Shown here: positions 12,901 through 27,900 of the stretch, piece after piece | Layout: every line of letters begins with the position of its first letter | Numbering within the stretch: the stretch's first letter is position 1 | Origin: Bilabrum cf. latius | Lineage: Eukaryota | NCBI GenBank assembly: GCA_965178125.1 | Contig: OZ237737.1 | Span: forward strand, 1,054,001 to 1,118,000 | Length of the DNA stretch: 64,000 nucleotides | Direction: 5' to 3' | The notes under the pieces: generated by a model | The model's input: the letters and a program-made list of their open reading frames with translations, nothing else | What the model was told of the DNA's origin: nothing | The model's database searches: none | Translations under genes and position numbers: made by a program

Positions 12901-15900
12901 TGGAAACAAGATCGTTGCCTGGCTCAATGAGCTGTACCCGGAGGACGCGCTGAACAGGAAGAGGAACCAGTACTCGCGCGTGACCATCCCAACGCTGCTT
13001 GCGGGCGCAAAGCACGCCGGCGGCACGGCTATGGGCGAGCTACGAGCTGCTGCCCAGGCATTTGACTCCGATTCCGGCCTGACAGCGGAGCAGTATGCCG
13101 AGAAGAACAAGGCAGGTGCCGACCTGGAGGTCGTCTGGAAGCAGTGCCAGCGCTTGCGCACGTTCCTGAGACAAGAGGGCATGCGCCTAAAGCAGAAGAA
13201 GCTGTCGGAAGGCGACCACGGCGCCGTAGCCGCTGCTGATGACGGGAAGGAAGGTGGGTCCAGCGGAGGCTCGGGATCCGGTGCTGCCGGCGGTGGCGGC
13301 GGAAGCGACGACCCGATCGACGACGAGAACGAAGATCCGGAAGCCGCAGCAGCCGAGGCGGCTGGTTTTATCCGTGAGAGACGGTTCCAGCCAGTTGAGA
13401 TTGGGGACATGAAGGAGCTCAGCAAGCAGGCCCGTCAGCTGGCGCTGCTCATGATGCAGCTGCGGCCCGCTCGCGTGCCCGCAGCTACAGATGAGGAGGC
13501 TGGCGGGCCCGCTGGCGAGGACGACCTCTCAATGGCACCTCCCAGTATGGCTAGGCAGGCCTCTGCAGTACAGGACTCGATGGGTCTTGATCAGCTCCGT
13601 GCTAAGTGGTCCGAAGTTCTGCCCGTGCACGTGCTGCAGCCCCTGATGCGCCGGTGGCAGGCGGGGGGTGAGGGCAAGACAGATGATGACGACATGGCCG
13701 GCGAAGGACTCGAGGGCGTGCTAGCCCGTCAGGCCTCGTGGCAGCGCCGCGCCTCGGCCGGTCTAGAGGACGGCGCTGACGACGAAATGGGCATGGTGGG
13801 ACGCGGTGCAAGCCACGAGCTGGCGCTTCGGGGGTCCTCGGACGCCGGCGCCATAGGTCTGGTGACCGTGAAGTCTCCCGCAGAGGCAGCGGCAGCCGCC
13901 GTGGTCGATATGGTGGTGCAGGTCCACTGCTACCCCGCACCCATGCTTCGCCGCCTGCTCTTCTGGCGCCTGGAGCGCGCACGCTCGCGCGTGTTTGGAC
14001 TGCGCGCCCTCGGTGAGCTGCTCGACTCTCTGGCGCTTGCATCTGCGCAATGCGACGCCCTGCGATCTGTTCGCGCCGGGCTCAGCGGAGACACGGAGCG
14101 CAAGCAGGCGGAGCGCGTGGCCACTGAGGGTGGCGGCAAGGGGCAGGGAAGGGACCATGCCGCCATTCTAGAGGCGGTACGAGAGGCGATCTCCAGCCCC
14201 ACCGCCGAGGGCGACCTGCAGACTGATATCCGTCGGGCAGTGAGCACCCTTGGTTACGCAGTCGGAAACCCGGCCTACGTGCCGTCTTTCATGACAACCG
14301 TGTTCCCCGACGGCGAAGAGTTCGAGGTGTCCGAAGACGATGGCGCCAGCGAGCAGTCGGACCTGTTTGGTTCGAGCACGGCAACGACGTACAACCGCTG
14401 CCGCCGGCAGATTGTCGAGGCTTGGGACAAACACGGCGTCAAGAAGTCGGCCGGCGAAGAGGAGGATGACAGCAGCGTGGACTAGGGGCCTTGGGGCACC
14501 CGCCACCACTACCTGCAATTCCTGAGCGGGTGCAGCACCAGAGTCCTCGACTCGGTCCAGAGGGCGCACCTTCACCTCATGCAGCGCGTGGGCGACATCA
14601 TGAGCGAGGCGAGCGCGCTTGGCGACGTCGAGCGAGCGGCCCTGGCTTCATGGTCGTGGGCAACTGACATGGAAGCGAGGGACCACGAGTTCCTCGTTAG
14701 GGTGAACCTCCTGCCCGCGCTGAGGCGAGTGGAGGAGGGCGCATCCATTTCAGGCCTTGCGGCCACACTGGCAAAGAGGACTGACGAGGCCGCTGCGGCT
14801 CTAGCGGCAGAGACCCGAGATGCGTCTGAGTTGCGTGATATCGCCAGGGGCTCCTCTGGGGCGGTGCGTGGGGCTGCTGCTGTGGCTCGTGCTCTCGGCA
14901 CCGCTGCCGGGGGCGCAACCTCTGCTGCAGTCGCAGGAGTCGGCTCGTCTTCAGCCATTGCAGCGGCCGGCTCCGAGGCACAGTCGAAGGCGGACATGGT
15001 TGGTGCCGCAGGCTCCGACTGGAGGCCTTGGCGCCTCGATCTGTTGCGGAAGGGACTGATGGCAGGCACGCTCACGAAGCGTTCCGTGGTGTCGCACATG
15101 CAGCGCGCCCCCGATGCATGGGTCAAGCGGGGCACGGCCGCTTTCGCCACTCCGGAGGAAGAAGTGGCGGCGCGGGGTGCCTGCCGGAGCTGGCTCGCGT
15201 CGAGAGGCCTCGACGGCGACCCTGCCGAGGCGGCGGCACGTTTCAGTGCCCCTGATCTTATCAAGGCGTATGCTCAGTTCGGCCCATCGGGTGCTCGCAC
15301 GCTCGATCTGCTTAAGGACGAGAGCAAGGTGTCTGACTAGGGCGGCTCGGACGGTGCCGCTGAAGGTAACAAGGCCAATTTGGGCAGGGAAGAGTCCCTT
15401 GTGCCTGTGGGACCTGGGTCTGGCGGTTTCAAGAACTGCCGCGTCAATTGGAACAAGCGCACGTCCGGGTCAGCCGAGGACCCGCTCGTAGTGGACATTC
15501 AGGCAAAGGGCCCGGCTGCCAAGGCCAAGCCCACCGTGGGCGAGGCCCCCCTCAAGACAGGCACGTCGCCCGTGTGGTGCGATCAGCCGCGATCGCAGAT
15601 CAAATCCCTACCTGAATCGTGGTAGGGACGCGCCTCAGGCAGCATCTCCATGGTGCGCCCTGCGGCTGCAAACCGCGTAGCTAGGATCAACGGGTCCCTT
15701 ACCTTCTCGCTTTCTAGGCCTGCTAGGCTGTACGTCGGCTTCAAGTCGGGAAACAACACGATCTCGGGGCAGGACTGGCTGAAGTCTTATTTCGACAAGA
15801 CGGCCTTGACGCTGTCTGTGGGGCCGGAGAGCGGCAGCGATTTTGCCCTGGAGATCTGGGCCTCTCACCACGTCTACGTGCCCGTCCGCGGTGCTTCCGA

Positions 15901-18900
15901 CACGGCCGACTTCGCCCACGTTTCGCTCGGGGGTGCAAGCATGCCGGAGAGCTCCAACCCCAACGATGGGGGTTACGTGGTGTTCGTGGAAGAACTTTCC
16001 TTCGAGGCGCTGTCACTGCGAGAGGAGGCCACGGACCCCACCGGCTCTGCGGCCGGTGGCGGTGCTGATGCGGCCCGCAAGGCCGCGCTGGCCACACTCC
16101 GGAGGGTTGCACCGCCCCATCCCCCTGCTGGGTTCGTCCGACGGGTTGCGTCTTCGCTGTACCAGGTGATCTTCGCTGCCAGCGCTGCCTCTATGCAGAT
16201 GGGCGTGTCTTTCGCCGATCTTGCGGCGGCGGCCACTGGCACGGCCGAGGAGGCCGAAGTGCTCAGGTCTGCCGCGAGCAGCGAGGCAGGTGGCGGTGCG
16301 GGAGAGCTCGACATGTCGATGGACCTGACTCCGGAGCGATCCGCTAGCAAGCAGTCGTCAGCTGCCTCCGGGGCGTCTGGTGCTGCGGGATCCAAGGCTG
16401 CCATCGGGCAGCGCGACACAAGCGGGTCGGCGATGATCCGTCGTGGCCTTGCCCCTGGAGTGGGACGCGTCCCCTTGCGGGCCACCGCCCGCTTCACGCT
16501 CGAGCTGCTCAAGGTTGCCTTTGCTCTGGTCAGAGAGCAGCTGGAGATGTCGGCTGCCGCGATGACTGGCTCCAGCGGTGACGGCGCTGGGGGTGACTCT
16601 GACGACCCAGCAGACGATGGGCCGGCGGAAGAAGACGATGACGAGGGCGGATTGCCCGGTGCGCGGGAGCTCGAGACGGTCGAGGCTGAGTCATCTGCCT
16701 TCCGTCAGCTGCAGGTGCTGTCGGCTCTGGCCGCCACCGAGGCCGGCAAGACTTACATGGCCGCACCGGCGTACGTCGAGACGCTGCTGGCACTCTTCAA
16801 GGCAGGCTCTCCTCGCGTGCGCCGTCTCGTGATCGGCCTCTTCACATGCATCGCCAGTCGCGTGTCACCAGATGACGTCGAGTCTGTGATCGGCTCCGTG
16901 TTCTCCACGGAGCTCGTGGACACTTGGCGCCGCGTCCACTCCGGTGAAGGAGGGCAGGGGCTTGGCATCGGTAGCGCGTTTGCTGGCATGCTCATGCACA
17001 TCGCATCGCGACCCACGTGCCTCGCCGCTGGTCTGCCAACTTTGGACGACCCTTCGATCGCATTCTCTGATCCCGCTGCCGAGGACGGGCAGCGTGCAAG
17101 CGAAGGCTTCGCGCTTGCAGCCGGATTCGGGCATGGCGAGCTGATTCAGGGCCTCTCCGCTGATGCTGTCGGCCTGCTGCGCTCGCTCGCTCGGACTAAG
17201 TCGTGGGCTCGGGCCGTTTGCTCACCAATGGCCGAGGGACTCAGGGTGGCCTCAGATGCGGTGAGAAGAAACGTTCTACCTCTACAGAGCGGGGCGGCGG
17301 CTGCTGGAGGAGTGCTCCGCGCTGTGGCCAGCACTCCGGAGGGGATGAATGCTGAGGAAGCTGCTAGGGCCATCGGCACCATGCTGGTGCTGGGAGACGG
17401 CGACGAGTGCCTGCGCGTTGGGTCCACGGTCCGCGTGGGCCCATAGGGCATGCTTGCCAGGCTCATCGACCTGCCCGCCGGCAAGCTGGATGCTCGCGTG
17501 GTATATGGCACGGACGTCACCGCCACGCCCCAGCCCACGGACCCGCGCTAGCTCATGCCTGCCCCGCGGCACGAGGCTCCTGTAAGGGCTGTCGGTGACC
17601 CTGCCGAGCTCGTAGCTGCCGCTTATGACCTGGCCATCGTGGCCACTGAGGCCGACGAGGGCATCCGCGTTGTCCTGTCGAGGTCCAAAGGGGCCAAGCT
17701 TGAGCTTCCGCTTTGGCGCCGTCGCTTCCAGTCTTCTGGCCTGGCTGTGCTGCTGGCCGCTCTGCAGACGGTGCGAGGAGCTCGGGCTGCCCTCAGCCAG
17801 GAGGGCCTCGTTGATGCGCTGTACCGTCTGGCGCTGTCACCGCTAGCAGCAGACAGGGGCCGCTCCGGAGTGGCTAGTGCCGCGTTCAGCGGCTTCCAGC
17901 ACTCGCACGCGCTCGCAGACAGGTACATGGTGGTAGAGGCCCGCCTGGCGGAGATGCGGCAAGGCCTTATTGCCGACAGCGCCGCTGTCAGACGCACCGA
18001 GGCAGCGGCCCAGCAGCTCGCTGGCGCTGCGGCTGGTGACACGACCGGCCCGATCGACGCAGCCGACTCGAATGACGGCCGGTCCACCCCAACGGGGGCT
18101 GCTGACGAGGACAGCGGGAGCCAGTCACCCGCAAGCGGCACCTTGCAAATGGTGTCTCGCAAGAGGGTGGAGCTTTAGGCGGCAATCGGCGTGGCAGACG
18201 AGGCCGGAACCCAGGCGACAATCGCGGCTCACGCGATTTGGATGCAGATGCAGGGCGCCAGTGCGATGACGTTGCCACCCAAGTCTATGTCGGTCCGTAT
18301 TGCCAAGCGCCTTGCTGCCCTCTATCCGGTGAAGACTCCCATCGGCAACCTTCGCGGCCAGTGGGCGCTGGAGGCCGAGCAGGCCGCGGAGGAGCTTGGG
18401 CTTGCGATTGACGAGCCGGCGGAGGCTATCAGCGGCGCTGCTGGTGCTGGAGGCGCGGCAGTCGCCTAGGCTACTGATGGCTACAAGCAGGTGGGCTGTG
18501 CCGCCCAGTTTGAAATCGAGTTCGACACGGTGAATGACCTGTCCAACTCGAGGTTTTCTGACGAAGAAGCCCGCAAGGACCTGGAGGAGCTCCTGGAGGA
18601 CCGCGGGGTGCAGCTTCCCAAGGACATGCAGATGGACGAGGGTGCCTCAAAGTCTGAGGCCATTCTGCCCGTGCAGGGACACCTCACGTACCACCCGAGG
18701 CGCTTGGTGGACGAAGATGCTGCGGGCGACGGAGAATCGTAGTGGATCCTGCATCTGCTCGGCGCGCACCGGCGCATGAAGGACGGCAGGCACCGGGTGT
18801 TTATGTTTGTCGAAGACATCAAGTGCTACGGCAGGCTGTCCTTCCCCACCGTGTGGAAGGGGGAGCGACCCAAGGGCACCAAGAGCGACCGCGCCGAGAC

Positions 18901-21900
18901 GTGGCGAGGCCAAAAGCCTGGAGAAGGATTTAGCGAGTCGTCGCAGCCAGAGCCGGGTGTCAACGAGATCGTGTACATCGAGCTCGACAAGAGCGGCGGG
19001 ATTGGCACGTTCGTGCACACTCGCTGGAACGGCGTGAAGCTGTCCAGCAAGTCCTCAAAGAAGGGCAAGAAGGGGAAGAGAGGCAAGAAGGGGAAGGACA
19101 GGTCGGGCAGCGATGAGGCAGAGGACGTGGACCGGAGCATGGACGCAAGCGCAGCAGAGGACGTTGTGCCTGCAGCTCTCGGAGGTGCTGTCGCCGCAGC
19201 TGGTGGAGCAGCCGCCGACACATCTGAAGGAGGGGATAGTGGAGACATTTCTGAGCTCGGTGCTACGACTGCTGCTGGCTCACCTGGTCCCGAGGAGGAA
19301 GGTGGCGCAGCCGGGACAGCTGCATCTGGTGCATCTGCAGCCGACGACGAAGTGCCGGCGATAGTGCGCGACATTCCGTCCCTGCCAATCGAGCTGGAGC
19401 TTCGACCATCGCCCTTCGTCAACTCCTCGTCTGACGCCGCACCTCTCGAGGCAGTCACTGCCGCCGCGGCGAAATCTTCATTGCTCTCGACGTCCAGCAG
19501 CCGCGGCGGGTTGAGCGCGGCGGAGCGCCGTGTCGCACAGGAGTACGGCCTGAGCAGTGGCAATGCAGCGGATGATGAAGAAGATGGTTCCAGCGGGCAG
19601 GCAGACGGCATCGCCTATCAGTGGAACACGGGTGCGCGGGGCTACACCCTCGGGCAGCTCTCCCAGGTCGGCCAGGAAGGCAGTGCCGACCAGGGGGCGT
19701 GGCAGGGAGTCAGGCGAGCCACGTTCAAATTCGTGCAGCGAGATCGGTACTCGAACCAGATCAACGTCGGCCTGAGTCGGAAGTCCAGGCCCAACAACCA
19801 GCGATATCTGGGTCAGGATAGCGACAGCTGGGCGCTGTAGACCGATGGGCAGTTCATACACAAGAGCTAGTACCGCATGCTGTTCTCGTCCATGGCTGGG
19901 TACGGTCGTGGATTCAAGACTGGCGATGAGGTCACCTTCACCCACGGTCCATCTGGCTAGATCACGGTGCAGGTGAACGACGACCCGCCGGTTACCGCGC
20001 CGTTTACGGTTGCAGAGCCGCTCTTCCCAGCCGTCTCACTTGGCGACAACATGCAGCAGGTGGAGATTGACTGCGACCCGCCGTTCAGCTTCGACCAGAC
20101 GGTATTGGCAGACAGGAGCAGGGATTCAAAGGCACCGATCCACCGGTCGATCCAACTCGTCGGTGACAATGACAAGCTGATCAAGTGCAGGGACTACTCC
20201 ACTGGAGCCACAGCCATCGCAACCGTCAAGGGGGTGTCCGTGGACGCGCCGCCGGAGCTCGCCCCTTTCGTTCGCCTGTACTTCGCGGGCAGGCCTCCAT
20301 CGACAGTGCGCAAGGCGATGGAGAAGCTTGGCTTCAGCTCGAAGGAGGTGGTGCAGCTGTTGGAAAGGTGCGAAGGGCAGATGCTCAAGGACTTCCACAA
20401 GTCGCTTGGGCATGGTAGCAACGAAGATGACGAGGAGGAGGAAGAGGCGGTCGCTGCGGCAGAGGGCGGTGCTGCTTCTGGTGCCGGGGCAGACTCTGCT
20501 GGCGCGGCCCCTGGCCTCGGCTCCGACGCCATCAAGGTGGCCACGCTCCTGGACTAGCAGGAGAAGGCGCAGGGTAAGGCTGTCATCGGCTTGTCGGCGG
20601 CTGATCGCACTGTGAGTAGCGTACAGTACGTCGGAGAGGATGTCGTGCTCCTCCATGCCATCGAGTTGCCCAAGGTCGAGCGTCAGAGGCGAACCAAGCG
20701 ACGCGACAAGTCCGGCAAGAGGCAGATCAAGACGGTCGTTGTAGATGATCCTGCCAAAGGAGCCCGCGCCTCTAGAACGCTCCGTCTGGACGCCCGCTTC
20801 TCTTAGTTCTGTGCGAGGGTGGCACTCTCAGACGCAACCATGGGTTCAAGCCGATTGGCCCGCGGTGTGGTCTTCGAGGCGATTGGAGATGGAACGCTGC
20901 TGTGGAAGAGCAAGGTCATCCACGAGGCCAGGGAGATCGACCAGGTGCGTCTGTCTGTCTTCTCGGTGGAGCAGCTGTAGCTGTGTGTGCGCGCTGCCTC
21001 GAAGTCTGAGTGCGATCAGGAGATGAGCAACGCGCTGGAGCAGTCGGAGGGAGCTCTTCCCGACAAGGATGCAGAAGGACTCAAGGACGGAGACGGTATC
21101 GACTAGCTGCCCATCCCATCGGCTGGATGCCTGTGGTTCTCGGCGCAGGTCAGCGGAAAGGGTGCATCCAGGCTGCCGGTAGGAACGCCTCTCGCAATCC
21201 TGAGCCCTAGGCTGCTTGAGGGCGAGACCGCTCCACTGCCGCCAAGCATGCGCGGTGGAGAGGAGGACGAATCTGACGATAAGTCCAAGAAGGACAAGAA
21301 GAAGAAGAAAGATGAAGAAGAAGGCACCAAGACCCGCGGTGGAATCCTCACCGCTGCCCCAGGACGGCACCACCCCTGGTGCAACTACGCAGCCGGGCTG
21401 AGGGCCCTACCAATCGTAACCTATGCCCCGCAGGAGGACCAATCCGGCTCTTCAGGCCCGTCCTCGGGCGCCGGTGGCGAGAGCAAGGTGGATGAGGGGG
21501 ATGAGGCCGCCGTTGTCGGAGACGCTGGTGCCACGCACTCCGGCGAGGAGGGCGGCTCTGATGACGGGGAGCAGTCAGGTGCAAGCGGTGGCACACTGAG
21601 GGTCAATTATCTCGACCCCGCGACCGGCCTCGTGGTTCCCCGGGACGTCCCGGTCCGCGTGCTTTCCAGCATTTCGACGCTGTTCGGCAGGAAGCTTGAG
21701 GATGACGAGTCGCAGAGGGAAGCCGCTGCTGGCAGTTGCGGCCAGCTGGCCGTCCTCTCTGCTCGGCACTGCCTGCAGGCCGTGGTGGATTCTGTTTCAA
21801 AGGCAGCCGAGCAGGCGAGAGCAGTTGCTGCTGCCGCTGCGCAGGCAAGTTCCGACGGGCCGCCCTCGATGCTGCCGCCTCCTTCGCTGCTGCGTCAGGC

Positions 21901-24900
21901 GACCGCTTCCGATGCCAGGGTGGAGGTGAGTGAGGAGGCAGCCGTTGGGATGGCAGGAGGGCCGGAGCGCCTCCTCAGCCTGCTGAAGCTGGCGGCTGCC
22001 AATGACCAGTCCTTCCGCGAGCAGGCCGCTCACGAGGATGAAGAGGAGGGAACAGGGCAGTCAGGGGGACAGGGCGCGGCTGTCAGCAAGCCCGGACGGT
22101 CGGGCTCTGGCGCCCTCCAGTCACTGCGGCTCTCCTTAAGCCGCTTGCTCGGTGCAGAGCAGCGGGCCAGGCGCAGTCCCTCATCTGGAGCCGGTGGGGA
22201 TGACGATTTGGCGCTTCAGAGTGGCATGGACAAGGATGCCACGCCGCTACTCCACGCACTCGTCATGGAGACTACGAACACCTTCGCGGCGTGCGCGAGG
22301 CCTCCGCCTCCTATCACCGAGGAGTCCCTGCACCCTCACCCGACCGGAGTTGAGTACGGTGGCGTCGTCGAGATCGGTTCTGCGGGCGCTCTCAAGCTGA
22401 CGATCAACCCGAGCACCGAGTTGCAGCAGGGCGCTTCGCTGACGTTCTATGCCAGGGCCTCGAGAAGTGCGGCGTCTGCCATCGCTGTGATCCGCGCGGA
22501 GCCCGTCGACCTCAAGGCTCGGAAGAAGGCCAACAAGAAGAAGGGTGGCAAGAAGAAGATCGACCTCTTTGCCAAGGGCGATGATGACGACGAGGACGCC
22601 GACGTCAAGGTACGGGAGGCGAAGCTGTACCCCACGGCGCAGTACCTGGACCACGCGAGCTGGCTGCATGGCACCAAGGTCGTCACCGAGCGCGAGGTCA
22701 AGTCGGGCATGGAATTGTACAAGGCTGCCTTGAAGATCCCCGGCAACCGCGTCTGGTGGTCATTCCGCGCCCCTGCTGCAGACTCGGACGAGACTGCCTC
22801 CTACCTGTTGTCCAAGAGCAAGGGCAAGAAGGGGAAGAAGATGAAGGGCAAGGCGGAAGCATTGGCCAGGAAACAGAAGAAGGAGCAGGTTGCTGGTGCG
22901 AGCAAGACGGCGCCCATCGCGCTCGTGCCCGAGGCCGTGGGCGTGGGTGCCATCGATGACGCTGTCCTGCTCAGCGCTGGCCTCGAGGAGGACGACGGGC
23001 CAGCACCCGTCACGGATCCCGCCGCGGCTAGCAAGAGCGAGCTGTCTGACATGCCGTGGGGATTCAAATTCCTCGCCGAGCCAGAGACGGGGGAGTGGCG
23101 CAGGGAGGAGCAGGTCAGCTCCGCGCCGTCGCTTGCCTGGGCCTGCTGGCTACTTGACTTTTTGCTCAAGGATGCGACGTCCTTGCCGCGCGGGGCAGTG
23201 CACGATGGCCGCACGCTGGAAGCGCTTGTCCGCTGCTTGCGTCGCATTGGGTCGCCTGCAGGCACCCAGCAGCGCGTAATCACCCTGCTGTCCCTGCTGC
23301 TGAACGCGCCCCAGATGTTCAGCACCACTCCTGATCTTGACGCTCTTGCCGGCGTGGAGAAGCGCGTCATGTCCGCGGCGCAATCGCGCATCGGAAATGG
23401 CAAGTCGAGCAGCGGCGTTTCGCCGTTCCAGTCGGCTGTCCTGCCGCAGCACTTGCTGCGCCTCGTCGAGATGATCGTGACGCGGCGATCCGCGATTCAG
23501 GCCTTCGAGTCGGCCCGTAGGGCACGCAAGGTCACCGATGCCTGCGCCGGTCGCGGCCTCGGCGTGTTCGTTGAAGTCCCCTCACTTCGCCAGAGGCTTG
23601 AGGGCGAAGATAGCGCTGGCATCGGCGGCAGCTCCTTCAGTCCTGGATTGGTCGGGGCTGGAAAGACGGCAGAGGAGCAGTATCCAGGCAGCATCATGTC
23701 CAAGGCGAAGGAGTGCGGCGGGCTGGGCCTAGGGGTGAAGCCATCCGAGGATGCGTTCGCTGCTGGCGGTGGTGCCGACGCCGTGCGCGGGGACCTGGTG
23801 CTTGCCGCCACCAAATCTGCCATTGACAGCCTTGGGATCCTGGGGACGGAGCCTGAGGGTTCCGATGCAGAACTGGAGGGCCCGGCTGCCGCGTGGGGTC
23901 ACATTGGCGAGAACGAAGCGTCAGAGTGGGCTGTTGCATGGGGCCGTGCAACGTAGGGTCCTATGATCAACGAGGAGAGCTTGCCGGCACCGGCCGACAC
24001 GCCCACTGCCGTGGACATCGAGCACGCAGTGTCAGCGTCTTTCGATGAAGAAGACCCTACGGACGTGGTTGAGCAGCTGCAGGCACTGATAAGCGTTGCG
24101 ATTGTTGCTAGAGGATACGCGTTCAAGGCCGGCATCCCTCTCAGCGCGTTCCCGTCGTTTTCTGACCCGAGCTTGGTGGTCGATCTCTACGATTTCATGG
24201 TCGGATTCAGCGTCCTTCGAGGCAGCGACGGCTCTGATGCTATCGTGGACAACTGCTACAGCGAGATGGAGGCACTGTCCATGTGGCACGCTATCAAGAG
24301 CACCGATATGGCCGATGAGGTCCGCGAAGAGATCATCAACGACCTGGTCGAGAACCAAGGGATTGAAGGTGGGGCCGAGGGCCTGGCTGACTGGGACGTG
24401 GAGGCACTGTGCGACCGGATGAACACTGTCATTGAGACGTACGCGGAGAAGCTGCCTGACATAAACATCTAGAAGCCATGGTTCTCGCACGCGGCCAAGA
24501 TTGCCAAGGCCAAGGCAAAGGGAGCCAGTGCCACGCAGGACGGTTCGGCAGCCGGGAAGGAAGGTCTCGACGGCTACGGGGATACCGCCACTGTCGAGGT
24601 CACGAGGCCCATTGCGGCTGCTGGCACGTATGAGGCAATGGCTCTGCACCTCGCTTCCAAGTCAGCGCAAGAGGCTGCGACGAAGCGCAAAGAGGTCAAG
24701 AAGGCGCAGGCGAAGCGCCTGCCGAGCGCTGGCGACGAGTCGGTGTCTGGCGGTCTCTCAGAGATCTTGTCGGTGGAGGACGGCGAGCTCGCGGCGCGGC
24801 TCATCGTGCGTACGGTGGAGGAAATCAATGCTCTGAACGATGCGGTTTCGCAAGACGACGCACCTGGATACGGGGCTGGTCCTCTGAACGGCGCAGCAGT

Positions 24901-27900
24901 GCTCATCGTGGGTCACAAGGATAAGCCAAACGACGTGCTGCAGGCCGCAGTCAAGGCTGCCGGGTTCGGCGCGGGAGCAGTCGTGGTGCCGGCATCTGCG
25001 AACATGCCCATGCCGGTGGCAGGCAGTGGGGACGAGGAGGAGACGGACAAGAAGGGAAAGAAGAGTAAGAAGGGCAAGAAGAAGAAGAAGGCCGGCTCCA
25101 GCTCGAGCAACGCGAGGCGCGCGGCGGCTGCGCTTGCTGAGCTCTCGGGTGGTCGCATGGGCTCTGCGAAGGAAGAGAAGGAAGACGACCAGGAAAAGGA
25201 TGGGGGTGACTCGTCCGATGCCGACAGCGATGGCTGGGGCAACACCGCGCCAGTGGCTCGCGCCGCAGCGATCTCGAGGGCGGCGTTTGAGGAGTTGGAG
25301 AGTGACTTGTCTGACGAGGATGACTTCGGAGCAGACCTGTTCGGCGATGCACCAGCACGAAGGTTCGTTTCGCATGCTGGCGGTGCTCCAGCTATGGCAG
25401 TGTCAATCTCCGCCGGTCGGTCGGCGCTCATGTCGGTGACGCGGGAGGCCAGGGCAATGTCTGCCGGATCAGGCTCCGAGAGCTCTGGGTCCTCGTCGAG
25501 CGACAGCGAAAGCGACGAAGGCGAGGCAGCTGCGGCGCCGCGGTCCCGTTCCGCGAAGAAGGGCCGGGCCGGCGGTCGATCGTCCAAGGGTGCCGCCGCT
25601 TCAGGCAAGGAGTCATCCGGCAAGGGCGAGGCAAGCAAGGCAAGCTCCTTTGCCTCCGGCAGCGATGATGCAGACGAGCGATCTGCTAAGGAGAAGACCG
25701 AGGCGCTGCTGCAGGCCAATGGAATCCACTCTTTGCCAGTGCCAGCCTTCATCGTGTCTGCCGAAGACGCGATGCGGCTGGCGGATTCTATCTGCAAGGC
25801 GGCGCAGGCCTTTGCTCGCCACCGAGGCACAGAAGCCCCTGCGGTGCCGAACTTTGAGGAGCTGATCGGTGGAACTGCCGGGGCCGCTGGCCCCGCAGAC
25901 TCTGGTGCAGTGGCGGTCGGTCTCATGGCCGAGCAGCATGAAGCCGCGGAGGCTGCCGCAGGAGATGACGAGGGCGCTAAGAAGGCGGTGGACCCTTGGC
26001 TGGACGATGGGGCCAAGGGCGGCGTGATTGCAACCAAGCCCAAGGCCGGCACGTCTGTGAGGCCCACCCTGCCGAAGCCCATGAAGACGCTCCTCGACCG
26101 CATGCTCACAGTGCACTCGCTGGCCGAGACCCTTGGCACCGGGGCAAAGCTGGACGACGGGCTGTTCTGCTTCACGTGGCTGGAATCCGTGGGTATGCGC
26201 AGGGTGGTTGAGACTAGGCACCCCATGAGGCGCGGCGAGGCCCTTGGGGGCGAGGTGGTGATCCCAGGTGCCAGCGACCTCAACATTACGCTGCACCCTC
26301 GCTGCTCCCTACCGCCCGGATGCCGCGTGATCATCACGGATGGCAAGGGGGAGGAGAAGGAGTACCAGGGTCTGGGCAGGGAGGATACCTCCAGGATTGG
26401 AGGCTCCGACGCCGACGCCGAGATGCGCTGGCCCCAGGCGCCCATCAAGGTGGCTGGCCCGACCGTGTCCTACCGCCTGGTGGGGGCTCCAGGGGCAGAG
26501 GGCGGCGATAAGGAGGCCGCCAGCGGCAGCGGCGCGGCCTCGGGTGCCGGTCGCAGCGACGTGGATCTGGACACGTGGGGCCTCGCCTTTACCGTGTCGT
26601 GCCCTGACCTGCCTGTGGCTCGCATGGAACAGCTGCTGGAGAGCCACCAGGCCGAGCTGCCTCACGCGCAGCGCGGGCTGCTGTCCGGGTGGACCCCTGG
26701 CATGGACGCCTCGTTGTGCAGGCTGGCGCGGCAGACGGTGGACAGGGTCAACGGCCGTGCATCGTCCGACGAGGAAGGGGGCGGGCGCAGGCGCCGCAAG
26801 AAGAAGGGCAAGAAGGGAGACAAGGACAAGGAGGAGGCGACCATCATGACGCTGGACCCCGCCGAGCTGTGCTTGCCTACCTCTGGTGAGGCGCTGGCGT
26901 ATCAGCACCTGGGCGACGTGCCTCTGCCCCAGCTCCGGCAGCGCTTCTCGCTTCTGCGTCTCTTCAGCCGCATGCTGCGCGGCGTGCTGCCAGCCTTCGC
27001 TCTCAACACGACCAGGCCGTGGACGACAGGGTACAGGCTGCGCTCTCTGGGCCACTCGGTGTTCCTGGACGTCAAGCAGGACGTGCTGAAGGCCGCCCTT
27101 GCCGCGACCGCGCCTTCCAGTGGCCCCAAGGTCCCCGACATCAAGCTGAGCAACTTCCGCGACAGCGCGGCCCAGAACGCCGGCGACACGAGCCTGGAGA
27201 GCGGGATCATCTTCGTGCAGGCCTTCGAGATCTTCCGGAAGATCAGCCCAGTTGCTCTCCGCAGCGTGGTTGACACTGCCCAGCAGAAGGTGTTCAACGT
27301 GCGGTTCGAGGGAGAGAGCGGTATCGACGCCGGTGGCGTGTATCGTGAGGGTATCCAGCGCGTGGTGGAGTCGGTGTGCTCGGAGCAGCTCTCCCTGCTG
27401 CTGCCCAGCCCGAACAACGTGAGGCACGCCGCGCTTGGGTCCTCCAGCTTCGTGCCAAACCTCGCGCACAAGAGCCCCCGCGCGTTCGAGATGCTCGAGT
27501 TCATGGGCCGATTCATGGGCATGTCCCTCCGCTGGGAGTCGTGCCTGCCCTTCGAGCTGCCGTCTCTCGTCTGGAAGAGGCTGCTCAACGAGGAGCCCGA
27601 CGCGAGCGACCTGCACTCGTTCGATGCCGTGGCGGCCGAGACCGTGTGGTCCGTGCGGCACTGCGACCGCGAGACCACCATGGACAACAAGAGCAAGGCC
27701 GCCGTCAAGTCGCAGGAGGAGTTCGACCGTGCCTTCCCTTCCCTCTACTTCGTCACCGAATCGTTCAGCGGAGACCAGGTGGAGCTCATCCCCGATGGCA
27801 AGAGCACCAAGGTCACCTTCGCGAACAGGCACAGGTGGTGCGAACTCATGGAGCAGCTGCGGCTGCGTGAGTTCGACGAGCACATCGCGCACATCCGCAG